A stretch of 64,000 nucleotides of DNA from Chrysemys picta bellii. Lineage: Eukaryota. The notes beneath the pieces are model-generated. The model was not told the origin of the DNA. It ran no database searches and was given only the letters and a program-made list of their open reading frames with translations. Numbering within the stretch: position 1 is the first letter of the stretch; every line of letters begins with the position of its first letter. The stretch lies in the NCBI RefSeq assembly GCF_011386835.1, contig NC_088802.1:55304001-55368000 (forward strand). The letters are read 5' to 3'. Of the stretch, positions 20,703 through 34,017 are shown piece after piece. A program made the translations under genes and the position numbers.

Positions 20703-21225
20703 ACCAATGCATCAGCTGAGTGACAAGGGGCAACAGGCTACTTACTGGAGTTGCTGCCTTTTGAATGAGAAGAGAGCGCACTCAGCTAGTCAGTAACAGA
20801 TCTGCATTTGAGGCTCAGTCCTGAAAGTCTCTCCCGCACACTGGCCGCAAGCCACTAAAGCGCATGTGTAGCTCCACTGAAGTCAAGACTTCAGAGAAAG
20901 GTTTTGGCACTCAATTATACATGCAGAGTTCCCGCATATCTACTAGCATGCTGGTGAGTCCATCATTATTTTAACATATGACATTTTAGGGGGCTTGTAT
21001 GTTTTGTTTTGAAGAATGATCTGGAGATACTAACATCTCTCTCCAAGACACACAAGCAGCTAGCAGACCTCAGGCTGTGAAATGAGCCAAAGATGCTCTT
21101 AACCCTCTCCTTTGTATGGTAAGCAAATCAACCTTCCTCCTGGATTGGAGAACGCCTGCAAGTGGGTTTCCATGGAAGCCACACCACATTTCATTTTCTT
21201 TTGCAAAGAAACAATCCCTCTAGAA

Positions 21226-21484
21226 CAGTCAGTCACTCTCAAACTTTTGTACTGGTGACCCCTTTCACCTAGCAAGCCTCTGAGTGCAATCTCTCTCCCC
21301 GCCCCCCCCCTTTATAAATTAAAAAACAAAACAAAACAAAAAAAAACCACTTTTTTGGACATTTAACACCATTATAAATGCTGGAGGCAAAGTAGGGTTT
21401 GGGGGGAGGCTGACAGCTCGTGACCCCCCATGAAATAACCTCATGACCCCCTGAGTGGTCCCAACCCCCAGTTTCAGAACCCCA
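21226..21484. mobile_element. hAT MITE (same family as 44053-44269)
   Basis: CTCAAACTTTTGTACTGGTGACCCCTTTCAC...CCCCAGTTTCAGAACCCC shared with 44053-44269. Confidence 0.8.
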
Positions 21485-22214
21485 ACTCCAGAAAGCCATG
21501 AGGTTCTGAACATGGACCTATGAATATGCAAACACCTTATTTCATAAACACTGTCCTACCACATTAGCACACTTAAATCTGTAAGGGGAAATCCCCTCAG
21601 AATGCTCTTGGCACAGTACTCCCTTAGTAGTCAGCCCCCCACTCTTTGGGAGGAGACTGGGATAAGTAGTTGCGAGATACACAGCACTGACCCCCTATTC
21701 AGGTGGGTCTCAGCAATGGAGATGGAAAAGAATAGCCGTAATTTTACTCACTGAATTCTGCAATAATATTCAACTTAACTGACAGTTTTCCCCCATTTGT
21801 GCATTTGAGACAGACTGCAAATATCACAGTATTTGGGGATTATTCCTAAATGCCTTTATTCACCAAAGAGCATTCAAAACGACTATGCTAATGCAAGTTA
21901 ACCTGCAGAGACTTCGGCCTCTTCCTGCCACCCCTCTGCACTGGGTGCAACCCCCCATTCGGATTCACTGCGTCGTCGCTTCATTGACATGCCCCCAAAA
22001 CGCCTCTCTTCCACACTTGTCCTCTAGAAGTGATGCCAGAGTGAATCCCTGCACTGAGCTAGCCATGTTCTCTCTGATAATTCCCCCCTCACCAGCCTAC
22101 TGCAGGTGACCCCCCAACTGGCATTTAGGTTGTAAGCGTTTTCAGGCAGGGACCATGAAGCACCCACTGCATCTTGGGAGGCTAGGTAACAGGAACAAAA
22201 CAAGACTGAGACGA

Positions 22215-22443
22215 AGGGGCTTCACATCAGTAGATCTCAAAGCCCTTCACAATCTTCATGTATTTATCCTGTGATGCAGGGCAAGGCTGTTTTCCCATTG
22301 TCCAGATGGGAAGAGAGTCAGAGAGGTGCTAAGGGACTTTGTCCAAGGTGTCTCAGAACAGGCGATCTCAGGCAGAGCAGGGAACCTACTCCCAGTTTCC
22401 CAAGTCCTAGGCCAGTGCCCCAATCACTCAGCCATCTTCCCTC
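22215..22443 (-). mobile_element. MIR-like SINE
   Basis: AGTAGATCTCAAAGCCCTTCACA...CCCATTGTCCAGATGGGAAG...AAGGGACTTTGTCCAAGGT. Confidence 0.55.
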
Positions 22444-24621
22444 TCTAAGGAACAGCCCATTTATTTTTACTCAGGACGTAATGCACACTGCCTTATTACC
22501 TCCTTGCGTCGCACGATGCCCTGAACCTGTGCCCAGTGGGACAACAAGAGGTACTGGTCACACTTCCGGTTTGTCAAGCCCACTTCGCCACTACCACCAC
22601 CGAGGCACCATCTTACTAGTCTGCGCTCTGCCCATCTCTTCCTTCACACCCCGGCCAGCGCCTTGCCACCCCCCTGAGGATTCCCTTCCCCTTGTTCTGT
22701 TCTATCTCAGTGTGCTCAGAGTCAGGTTCCCAGCCACTTACGTCCCCATTTCAGTTCACAAATCTCTTGTTAAACAAACTGTTCATCTGCTGTAAAGGCC
22801 CAACAGACCCACCCCAAGGTAAGACACGACTGACATTCTCTCTGCATGAAACACTCTGCAGAGTGAGCAGAGATGTGTGGCTGGTTATTGCACTAGCTGA
22901 AGCGTATCCAATGGGAAATGTGCACAGGCAATTCTAACACACAAAGCTAATAAATCGATCATTGCTAAAAGTCAGGCCTCCTGTTTCATTCCTCCATGAT
23001 CTAGGGTCTTTTCTCATTACATTTCCTCTCACAGGACTGTTCTTCAGGGTAGAAACCTCGTTTTCTTACTTCTCTGTAAAGTGCCACGCACAAATGACAT
23101 TAAATAAAATGCAAAGAACAGAAACCAGTTGCTCTCTTCAGCTGACTATGTGGGCGTTTTGAGATCAGCCACTTAAAACAACTCCACAATAGAGAACATC
23201 TAGGATCGGTCTTTGTGAACTAGCAGCATGCAGAGCCATTTTTCTACTGAAGGACACATTTCAAAGTTATCCCAAACCTGAGCAGAAATGAACTGTAAGG
23301 GCAGTTTCCAGGAGACTAATTTGGGGCATCTCAGCTCAGAGGGGAAAAAAAAAAATCACTCAGTGCTGGAAGTGTTTAACAGTGGCTTACAGCTTTGCTA
23401 AACTACACTGCAGAGCTCAAAGACCTGTGCTTGCTAAGGCCTAGACCTTAGTGATGAAAGACTGGTGGTCTATGGCTGGAGCAGCTGGGTAACTGACTAA
23501 AAAGGAGAGTAGAGTAGAGCCGGTTCCTCCTCTCACTGTCCCGCCTTTTACGAGCAACTCACCAATTAGAGACCTTGAAACAAGCGCAGCAAATACCTTG
23601 ATTGGTCACGGTTCCTCTAGCACGGAGTCACGGGCTCACTACCAGAAACAGCCTGAGAGTCAGGGGCTTCTCCGAGGCCCAGAACATCGAGAACTGGGCT
23701 GGAAGTTTTACACCAGGCTCTCATGAGGTTTCCAGGACCCTTTGCTTCCGGTCAGTGCTTCCACCCAATGGTGTGTTTGGCTGTTTCAGGAGCTGGCTAT
23801 AACTAGGAACTGCAGCGGCAAGAACTCAGAAAAACCTTCAGTACAAGAGGTGGGGAGAGAGTTTTAGGTGGAGCTAACGGCTGATATTTATTAAATTTAA
23901 ACCTCATCTCCCAGCCCTAATTTGAACAGGTACAGAAGAGAAACAAGTCTGACCAATGAGATAAGGCCAGAGAAACACAACCTATGAGCAAAAGGCTGGG
24001 AACCTGCACTGGAGAGATTTTAATTGGGCTCCCTTTTTATTCTCCCTCCGGTGATTGTACTCAGCACTTCAAGAAATCGAGCCGGATTCATTTTTAGTGT
24101 TTTAAACTTCATGTCAATTATTCAGCGCCTCCTCCGAGCTTTGACATAATTCTTTTTATTGGTCTTTATATAAAAGCTGGTGGCCTCATTACAGCAAAGT
24201 CCTTATCAATTAGGATTGCCTGACCTATAACTAAAATTATTTCTCCTTATGGGAATATCAAAGTGAGGCTTCAATTACAAAACCTTTATGAAAACTACAA
24301 GCTATTTGACCCAATGGCATTTCAAGTGTTCAGAAAGGAGAAGAGTATGCGTATGTACCTGAAGGCACTAGATACCTGGCCCAGGAGTTCTACTCCAATC
24401 ACGTATCAGTGTAACTTAACCTACCCTTTACATAAGGCTGCTGCTGCCTGTGTCCCCTCCCCTCCCGTCCCCCCACACGGAGCGACCGGAATAACCTAAG
24501 TACGAATGAAAACCTTGCAACATTAGCAAGTCCCCTGGCTGGAAGAAGTCTGTTGTACTCCTATACTGTTCTTGCCAATGCAATATAAAGAGGATGGGTG
24601 AAGTCTCTAAGAACAGGCAAC

Positions 24622-25240
24622 TGTCACAGTTCCAGGATGAGTTGTACCTTTGACCCCTTAGCCAGTCTCTCTGTGAGCACCCTTCCAAGAGGCAGGCCCA
24701 GCACCTGCACTTCTTTCAGAGTGAAAACCTGCCGTTCACCCCACTTTTAGACTGGGTCTCCAGGTTACAGCACCCTTGTTTCCTCAGCAGGTCCAACTGG
24801 GTTTCTTCTAGGAGCTACAGACAGTAGTAAATGCAGCGACATTGAGTAAGTTGTTCAAAACAAGTATTATTTATCCATAGGAACACAGCAGTCAGAGAAG
24901 AGGGTTAAAATAATGAAAGGCATATTATATATTTTTAAACTTAGCCTTTCCTGCAAGACTTAAGTGGGTTGACTTACCCCTGGTATCCCACTGTCCTGAG
25001 GACTGGGTTACAGTCAGTTTCTCAGGAGACACTACCTACCCCTCAGCTTCAGGGCTGAGATTTAAACTGTTATCAAGTTTTGTTCAAGGATCCCCCTCCC
25101 ACCCCATTCTTGGATTCTCCTCTCCCCCAGTTATCAGCCCACCTGCTGAGACCTTCAAAGGTTTTGATACCTGTATTGTTGAAATCTGAGCTTCAATTTC
25201 AAACCCATTAGGATGGTATGGTTGTTGGTTGCTTTACAGG
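24622..25240. mobile_element. Possible decayed LTR fragment
   Basis: Starts TGTCACAGTTCCAGG and has LTR-like composition; no second LTR or TSD found. Confidence 0.3.
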
Positions 25241-25391
25241 GAAGAGGTCAGAATATTTAGCACAACTACAAAAAGAGCTTTCAAAATAAATTCTTTGATT
25301 TCTGCTTTTCTGATGTTGCAAATCACACAGAAGCCTACCTGGCTGAACCAACATTGGGGGTGGGTGTGGGGGGTGGGAAATCAACTTAGGG

Positions 25392-25609
25392 CAGTGGTCC
25401 CCACATTTTTTCTGTCATGCTCCCCCCCCACCCCCATAATGGAATCCGTCTGCAGCCTGAGGCTGGGGTGCTGGGAGCAGAGGCCAGAGCAGGGCTGGAT
25501 GGCACTTCCTCCCCACCCTCCATGGAGCATGACCCCTGCACCGCCATGCCCCCCTGAACATTTCTCTGTGTCCTCCTGGGGGGTGCTCCCCACAGTTTGG
25601 GGAGCACTG
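25392..25609. mobile_element. hAT MITE, 218 bp
   Basis: TIRs CAGTGGTCCCCA / TGGGGAGCACTG; TSD ACTTAGGG/ATTTAGGG (7/8). Confidence 0.85.
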
Positions 25610-28600
25610 ATTTAGGGGGAGCATTGATATTCAGCAAGTCAATAAAAGTGATCCCAGAAACGGATAGTGTTTTCAGACTCAACTGTACTAGACTCAGATT
25701 TAAGATTCGTTACCCAAAGCAACTGTGCTTCAAAACTAAAGAGACAGACAGATATTGAGCAATCAGCTAATGCAACATATTAAATAGTGATAACCAGGAC
25801 AGAAGATCATCAATACACAAGTCAACAACTAGCCACACTAGGAGTTGCTTGTAGGTGCCAACACCATAACGTGCAAGCAGAGCTTTTCCCATTGAAAATC
25901 ATATGATGCTTCTGCCACTTAGCTACATTAATCTTCAGAGTCCCTCCCTCACCCACTAAACATTCTAGTGAAGGAAGCAAGCATGACAGGAGAGCTCACA
26001 CTTCAGCTGGAACATTCAGACAGGCAGGTGATCGCTCAGGCAAGGATTAGCTCGGTCCTGGCATCCAAGCTGTTCAGAGAGAAGGGGCTTTACCAGCTCT
26101 GCTTTGGGCTCATTTGGAAGTGAACACTGACATATCCACTTTAGCGGAGTCCTGCGAGCAAGCCTGTCTGTGTCTGCTTGATCAAGCCTCACCTCAAATC
26201 CCTATTCTTCCCAGAGATAGAAAACGTACAACTTCCCACATACAAGATAAACAGCAAAACAAAGTCTGAATGCCTGATCCGGATTAGCCACTGATCTTTC
26301 CCTTTGTGAAAGGGAGAATAAAAGCAGGAGTTCGCCAGAAGAATCACAGGTGAGATGAGGGATACTTGTTTGGCCTCAATTCCATTAGCCAATCTGACAT
26401 AGCGGGCAACTCTTAAGCCATTTCAAAGATTAGATTCATCATGGCCTTGCTCTGCCACACGGTATGCCAGAAACCAAACAGCTTCAGGAGTCTTATTTGT
26501 CTAGTCCTGGACACATCCTAGTTAGACGTGGAAAGGATGTGCTGGAGGGTCTTGGACGGCTGCGATAGTGGGGGTGGGGGTGGAGGGAATGGAACAGGAA
26601 GAAGTCAAACACATTTTGAGCCTATTCACAGAGCAGCCACTAGTCCTATCCTCCTGGGGCACGGACTTAAGCTTCAGTTTAATTTCAGGACAAAATGGCT
26701 GTAATTCAGCAAACCAAGAAACGGCACAGAAGAGCAATTACACTTCCTGTAGTTCTAAATACGAGAACAGAGAACACTGCATAAGTTCTGAATCCCTAAA
26801 CAGTCACTTGTGTTTAAGTGATACGATACTTAAAAAAAAAAAAAAAACTTGAGGACTCCTAGATTTTTTTTTTATGGAATAGAATGACTTTTCTGTAACT
26901 GCCAGGATATTTTTGCAACAGCAACTTCTCTCACTACAAAACAAACTCATCTGCAACACACACTGGCTCAGTGAAGCATGGCTCCACCTTACTAGAGTCT
27001 CTAGAAGTACATCCTCAAAGCCCCAAGTTGGTTGGTTTTAGAAGACAACAACCACACAGACAGTGCTAAGCCAGGGTATAAAACACCCCAAAAAAACTCA
27101 AAAGTTGGCAGCATCTGAGCCAAATGCCAATTCCTCTGCCAAGAAACAAGTGGTTCTCTAGTTGAAATAAGCAGAGTTGTCAGAGAGATCAGATATTTGT
27201 GGAACCAGACTGGATGTCTGTGTGACATCAGTAGCTGTTCAGCAGAGAATTCAGAGCTGCCAATAAAGCGGGGATTCTTCACTTCCAATGCTGGCAAGTT
27301 TTTCCATCCTCTGTACCCCCGGCAAGAGGTTTCCTCCTCAAACCAGCTGCTCTTTAGATACAGGAAGTCAGTCGAGATCAGCTGAAGAGGAAAAAGAGAA
27401 AACAGACGATGGTGGAGCTCCAGTCCTGAGCATGGCAAGCCCTTGTGCTAAGCCAACACAAGAAACAAGAGTAGAAGAGTTCTGGGTGGGGACAAGGCCC
27501 AGACCCAGGATGACTACACCTGACATGCAGCCCGCATGAAACTGCTGTAGGGTTGTGTTACATGGTTCCACTCCACATACTAAATCAAAAGCTATGCCAC
27601 TTCCTATTGCCAAGCCACATCCTCACACCAGACCTCTGCTATCCGAGGAACAAGACATTTCCATTCCTCCACACGCGATTCTCCACAGGGTGCTGTACGT
27701 TGTCCTTCTCCCAGGGCTCGCTGGATTTCAACATTTATCCCAAGTTTTCCAGTGAGCATTTATGGCAAGAGTCCACTTGAGCCTACGGCAGTTCGGGCAT
27801 CCTGGGCCAGCAAAGGGGCTTAGCTGTTTTGCTAATGCTGCCCAAAAATCATGCTTTCAAATCCACCGTAAAGAAAAGGGGGAAAAGAGTTTTAAGAGTG
27901 GCCCAAAAGAGTTTGCTCTTTTTTGCTTTTTTCTTTTGAGGACATGAAGCCCCAACACACTGAGCAGCACAGCACAGAGAAATCAGCACCACTTGGTCAA
28001 ATTCGGCAATGCCAACTTTTTATTTTAATCCAGAAAAACCCAGCAATCCAGCAGTTTTCACAGCTCTTTTTAAGCTTAAAAACCATTGTAAGGTTTTTCC
28101 AAAGAGATAAGCTCTTCCTAAACTCCTACTGTAGAAAGATTAAGTGCTTGAAAGATTGATCCGGTTTCTTTCCCTTTACCCAAAACAAGTCACGCTAACA
28201 GAACTAACCTACATCTCTCCTACTTTGTGTCAAGAACATCAAAGGCTGAGTTAAGGGAGCGTCTGTGAATAGTCACCCTCTCTCTCTCGTATGGCTGAGA
28301 GATGCAGATGGAGGAGGAGAAGAGGAGAATTCATTTTAGCTAACTTGGAGGTGTACATCATAGGCGGGGGAATCCCTGCAAAAATAAGGACCATGCAGTC
28401 TCTAGGTGCTTAGATGACTCAGAGGAGATAAAGGAGCAGTGGCAAGATTTTAGTTCTCTTGTCCATACGGGCAACATTCGTGAGCAAGCAATAGCTAATT
28501 GCCAATCTTGGTGCCTTGGGTTTTCCTGCATCTAAAGATATCCTTGCCCACTGGTCTACCATTCCTTCTCTTTCAGCTGGCAATTGAGAAATATGTTGCA

Positions 28601-28782
28601 AGGAAGCAGATATTCAGAAGTGATTTAAAAATCTTTAAATTAAAAGTTCATTTGCTCATCAAGTCTTCAAGCAGGATAAGCTAGTAAACAGGACTTCTCT
28701 GCATGTTTTATTATATCAATACACTTTAGATTGGCTTTTAAAATTGGCTTCGTAAACAATCTCAGGTGGATACAAGAATGTG

Positions 28783-28902
28783 TGCTAGAACTCAGGGTGC
28801 TGGGGGTGTGGCAGCACCCCTGGGCTTCAAGTGGTTCCCAACATACACAGGGTTCACAGTTTTGTTAAATGGCTCTCAGCGGCCCCACTATCAAAACGCC
28901 AC
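28783..28902. mobile_element. hAT MITE fragment
   Basis: GGGTGCTGGGGGTGTGGCAGCACCCCTGGGCTTCAAGTGGTT...CGCCACTG resembles a common turtle hAT family (recollection). Confidence 0.55.
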
Positions 28903-29656
28903 TGGATAAATGATGCCTTAGGACAGATTAGTAAAAACTCAATACGCAGCATTTTAAACAAGCACAAGAATTATTTCTGGAAGCTTGAGATAAGAATGCT
29001 GATAAACACTTCCAGTTTTTCCCTTCAGTGATCTTTCTGCTCCACGCTGTTAACAGAATAACTCCCTCACCGAGTTTTAGTACAATTACAAAAGTGTAGT
29101 CTCCCCTATATAACCTTCATTCTAATTAGCTGGTGAGTACTTCACATCTGCTTTTCAGTACAGAGAACTTCAATAAACCTAGGCTGAGGAGTTGTTACCT
29201 ATGTTTAGGTCAGCTTAGGTAAAAAGAGAACATTTAGGAAGTATGATCTCATTCAAATAACCTTTGGGTAACTCTGATCCCAGGGGCAACATGGCTGCTG
29301 AAAGTTTTGCATTTGAGACAGGAGCTAGCAAGTCATCTGGCCGGTGGGTTAATTTTGCCTAACAGGAATGTGCCATTGATGCTGTATTTACTTCATAGCC
29401 GTGGCTAGAACTAACCGAGAGAGACAAGCAGAAAGAGCATTTTAAGCCAGAAGGTGTTTACAGATCCATGGATTAATTGCTTGCTTAAACTTGCACTGCT
29501 CCCAGATGTGTTGCAGGTGAGGCTTGAATCGGAGGTCAGTGACTTCCGCAAGAAATTAACTCATGCTATGAATACAGTCCTTAACCCCCTAAGCAACCCA
29601 CCCCGTCAATACACCTGGTGCCACAATTCAGGTTCGATGTCCATTGCTGTCAATAG

Positions 29657-29944
29657 AAGGTGCAATAAAAACCTCACCGCACCAAGTCTCAGAGTCTGGG
29701 TCGATTGCCTCAGGTTCGCGGGGCTCAGGCTGTAGGACTAAAAATTGCAGCATAGATGTTTGGGCTTGAGATGGAGCCTTGACTGAAACCCTGTGAGGAG
29801 GGTGGGTCTCCGAGCCCAGGCTCCAGCCCAAGTGTCTACCCTGCACTGTTTAGCCTATCCCTCCCCCAGCCCAAACCTGGGTCAGCTGACCTGGGCCTGC
29901 CAGGGGCATGCTGCAGGTCTTTTACTGCAACGTAGGACATACCC
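29657..29944. mobile_element. PIF/Harbinger MITE (family of 48466-48701 and 53156-53418), left end eroded
   Basis: Internal GAGCCCAGGCTCCAGCC repeat and terminal GTAGGACATACCC. Confidence 0.7.
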
Positions 29945-30493
29945 AGGAGAGTAATTCCTGATGCTCTGCATATGTCAGCAATGCCTTCTCAGAACTCTTT
30001 GTGGGATACATTGAAATGAAATATTATCCCCCATTTATCCCTGCCTGGAAATCCTGAAGCTTTAGCCTTTTAAAATGTGCATATAAAAAAACCCAAAGAA
30101 AACCACGCTCCTCTCCAAGACACAAACTGCTGTGCACGGCTGTTCTTGAGAGAAGAGTGAGAGTCTCTCTGCCTAGGGACTCAAATGCAGCAGTCTCAGG
30201 AGGGTGCAATCAAAATCGGATTAGAAAACGGTATGCAGTTTTCAAGTATGCTTGAATCAAAAGTCACTATTTAGGTAAGTTTTTTGCTGTCTTAACGAAA
30301 AACGCCTCGAGTGTGTACAAGCTGTCGTACCAAAGGGAGTGGAGGGGGAGAAATGGATAGGAATTTAAAGCCAGGAGGCTACAGAAAATATTTCAGCAGA
30401 ATGCGATCCAGAGGGAGATGTGTCCGACACTGGAAATTCACTGATCAGAGAAGAGTCAATCTCCGTCAATTCAAGGAGACAGAATTAATGAAT

Positions 30494-30620
30494 GCACTGG
30501 CTGAATGGTTAAGGTGCTGGACTAAAAGGCTACTTCCAATTCACCCTGCTGCAGAATGGGTATCCGATCCCATCAGGTTAGAGCAGTCAAAGGTGGTTGG
30601 ACGGGATGCTGGGCAAAGGA
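30494..30620 (+). mobile_element. Possible ancient tRNA-head SINE with a Deu/Nin-like central domain
   Basis: A-box-like TGGCTGAATGGTTAAGGTGCTGGACT followed by CACCCTGCTGCAGAATGGGTATCCGA...CAAAGGTGGTTGGACGGGATGCTG; similarity is from memory only. Confidence 0.35.
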
Positions 30621-30691
30621 TTCCATCGTTTGCCGCTGGCTGTGAAACTGACTTGGGTCTGCCCAATGAGCCCAATTGACTTTGGACTCTT

Positions 30692-30868
30692 ATACAATGC
30701 TTTTCATCAGTAGATCTCAACGCACTTTGCAAACCTGAACATCATTTGCCAGTTTAGAGAGAGCAGAGAAAAGTGAAGTGATTTGCCCAGGATCTAATGG
30801 CCAACTGAAGAGCCAGGTCTCCCAATTTCCAGTCCCATGTTCTATCTTCTGGACCATGCTGCCTCCTT
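30692..30868 (-). mobile_element. MIR-like SINE
   Basis: CAGTAGATCTCAACGCACTTTGC...GTGAAGTGATTTGCCCAGG. Confidence 0.5.
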
Positions 30869-30969
30869 CTCTCCCTAGGGGTGCTCAGCTCATGGGAGAC
30901 AGGAAAACAGGGAGCCATTATCAAAGGGGCTTCCGCGTTTGGGCTGCCACTGGGAAGTGATGCGTGAAG

Positions 30970-32932
30970 GGCAAAACAACATCCTATCTAGGGTAAGAAT
31001 AGTAAGAGGCCAATATGGTTCCAGCAGGGGGCTCTTTAAATGACCTGAAAAATCAAAAAGGAATCCTATGAGTGGAAACATGGACCAATTGCTAAGGAGG
31101 AGTACAAAAGAACAGCACAAGCATATAGGGATAAAACCAGAAAGACTAAGGTACAAGAGAAGTTACACCTAGCAAGGCACACAAAAGGCAATATGAAGGG
31201 GGTCTACAAATACGTTAGGAGTAAGAGAAAGCCAAAGGGTCCTCTACCTAGCGAGGAAGAAGAGCTACACATGGAGGACATCAAGGAGAAGTATGAAGTA
31301 TTTAATGTCTGATTTGCTTCAGAGTTAATTGTGACCAGATATTCAGCACAAGTATTATTAACAACAAGAGGGGAGGAACACAAGCCAAAATAGGGAAAGA
31401 ACAGGTGAAAGATGCATTCAAGTTGGCAGGGCTTGATGAAATCCATCCTACGGTACTTAAGGAACTAGCTGAAGTGATCATGAAACCATTAGCAACCATC
31501 TTTGAGAACTCTTGGAGGAGGAGTGAGGTCCCCGAGTACAGGAGAAGGGCAAACACAGTATTTATCTTTAGAAAGGGGAACAAAGAGGATCTGGGGAATT
31601 ACAGACCAGTCAGCCTAACTTCCATACCTGGAAAGATACTGGAACAAAATTATCAATCAATCAATCTGCGAACCCCTAGAGAATAATAGGATTAGAAGGA
31701 GTAGCTAACATGGAACTGTCAAGAATAAAACATGCCAAACCAACCTAATTTTCTTCTTTGATTGGGTTACTGACCTAGCCGGGCGGAAGTGGGGGGGAGG
31801 AGGGGGAAAGAGAGAGAAGAGAAACGGTAGACATGCTATACCTTGATTTTAGTAAGGCTTCTGACACAGTCCCACATGACACACTAATAAGCAAGCTAGG
31901 GAAATGTGTCCAACTGAAATTACTATAAGGTGGGTGTACATCTGGTTAACAGACCAACCTCAAAGAGCAGTTATCAATGGTTCGCTGTCCAACTAGGAGG
32001 CCATATCTAGTGGCATGCACAGGGGTCTGTCCTGGGTCCAGTACTGTTCAATATTTTCATTAATGACTTGGATAATGGAGTGGAGCATATGCTTATAAAA
32101 TTTGTGCATGACACGAAGCTGGGAGGGGTTGCAAGCACCTTGGGACGACCAGATTAGCATTCAAAACAACCTTGACAAATTGGAGAATTTATCTGAAATT
32201 AACAAGATGAAATTCAATAAAGTACAAAGTACTACACTTAAGAAAAAAAAAAGTCAAACGCACAACTACAAAATGGGAAATAACCGGCTAGGTGATCGTA
32301 CTGCAAAAAGGATCTGGGAGTTATAGTGCATCACAAATTGAATAGGAGTCACCAATGGTGATGGAGTTGTGAAAAAGGCTAATATTCTGGGGTGCATTAA
32401 CCAGAGGGTCGTTTGCAAGACAAGAGGTAACTGTCCTGCTGTACTCAGCGCTGGGAGGCCTCAGCTGTAGTACTGTGTCCAGTTCAGGGTACCACGCTTC
32501 AAGAAAGATAGACAAATCGGAAAGTGTTCAGAGGAGAGCAACAAAAGTGAAAAAAGGTTTAGAAAACCGGATCTATGAGGCCAAGTTACAAAAATGGGCA
32601 GCTTTAGTCTTGAGAAAAGATGACTGGGGGGCGGCGGGGGAGATATTTGATAACAGTTTTCATATATGTCCTTGTCCACTGAAGGCAGGACATTGCTTAA
32701 TCTGCAGCAAGGGAGATTTAGGTTAAATATTAGGAAAAACTTTCTAACCATGAAGAAAGCTAAGCTCCGCAATAGGCTTTTAAGGGAGGTTGTGGAATCC
32801 CCATCACTTTAAGAACCAGTTGGACAAACACTTGTCAGGTATGGTCTAGGTATACCATACTCGGTATACAGGCGGCTGGACTAGACGACTGCTCGAGGTC
32901 CCTCCCAGCCCCACATTTCTATGATCCTATGA
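30970..32932 (+). mobile_element. About 2-kb 5'-truncated CR1 with disrupted ORF2 reverse transcriptase
   Basis: ORF 31405..31686 IHPTVLKELAEVI...NYRPVSLTSIPGKILEQ; [10 protein letters not shown]...KFVHD catalytic remnant near 32044-32112; 3' end TTCTATGATCCTATGA. Confidence 0.93.
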
Positions 32933-33021
32933 ACTTAGCAACCAATGGAGTACTCCGTAAGGCCCATTTCAGTCAGTACCTCTGAGGGTATTGACAGCAG
33001 ACTACCAGCCAACAGTCCTAC

Positions 33022-33159
33022 CTGCAGCTCCTTGTCCGAGTACTTCTGAGGGTTTTTGCTCCCTTGGCTCTTCTTCCGAAGTTTTTTCAGCTCTGCCTGG
33101 CACTTCTCTAGCGCGTCCCCTTTGCTCCTTTGCTCAGTCTGGTATTTCTTCAACGCAGC
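33022..33159 (-). CDS. BAIAP2: Exon 6 (138 nt): AALKKYQTEQRSKGDALEKCQAELKKLRKKSQGSKNPQKYSDKELQ
   Basis: ttcag acceptor and gtagga donor; basic KKLRKK patch; ORF track 32935..33201. Confidence 0.97.
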
Positions 33160-33619
33160 CTGAATATAAAAACAGGGGGAAGCGCTGAACAGCTGAAACA
33201 ATGGCTCAGCAGATCAGCTGAGGTTTTCTGCTCCTAATGAGCATGGTTTACATTCTCCTTGTAGCAAAGGCCTCTACCACCTCATTCCTGAGGCAAGAGG
33301 CATGTTTTAGAACACTCGCATGTTTAAAAGGCAACTGTGCAGCCATCCTCCGGGAGACGAGGGAACACCAGATTCCCAATGACCCAGAAAGCAGAAATAT
33401 CAGCACGTTGGTGGTTTCACGGTGGACTACCAATTAAGAAAAAAAAAAAAAAGGATCGCTCTCCTCTTTAAAAACAGCAGTCACTAGCAGCAATGAGAGT
33501 TAGACTGCATGCTCTTAGAGCCGGGAGCGCAGGATGACTGGAAAGCACCTGCATATTCTGGACACTACCACAACGCAAAGAAATAGTCATTCATCATTAG
33601 TATCAGTTCATGTACATTA

Positions 33620-33860
33620 TACAGAAAAGGTTAAGTGCAGCCATCACAGGGTTGAGATGGTTGAAGCCCACAGGTTTTAGAGCACTGGAGTATTTTTTGC
33701 TAAAAATCTGCAACATGGTGAGAGGCTGGTCTTCAACTCCTGCAACTGTATTCAGGATGACATGAAGGTAAATCGGATCCCAAACAAGCAGAGTCAAGGT
33801 GGGACACTTGCACCCCCATATTGACTAGGAGAAGCTTGGAATGCTGGTGGAGAAGGCAGT
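33620..33860 (-). mobile_element. Possible ancient L2 LINE remnant in intron 5
   Basis: NHLNPVMAAL resembles the L2 DHITPVLAAL motif (ORF 33603..33797). Confidence 0.3.
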
Positions 33861-33945
33861 GGCAAAGAGAAAGTCAAAAGAAGAGCTGGGAACATGCTCG
33901 TATTGTTTAATATATTAAACTAAAAAAGAGTTCTGATTTACTTAC

Positions 33946-34017
33946 ACTTAGATACCTGGAATCCAGTTCTACTTTCTGCTCCAGTTGCGTCAGTAGCTCG
34001 TTGTGAAAAGACTTCAG
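33946..34017 (-). CDS. BAIAP2: Exon 5 (72 nt): LKSFHNELLTQLEQKVELDSRYLS
   Basis: tttttttgtcttcaag acceptor and gtaagt donor; ORF track 33907..34248. Confidence 0.96.

Noticed and set aside
22271-22795. 174-aa plus-strand ORF
   Set aside because: Starts in a MIR-like SINE and has no domain signal.
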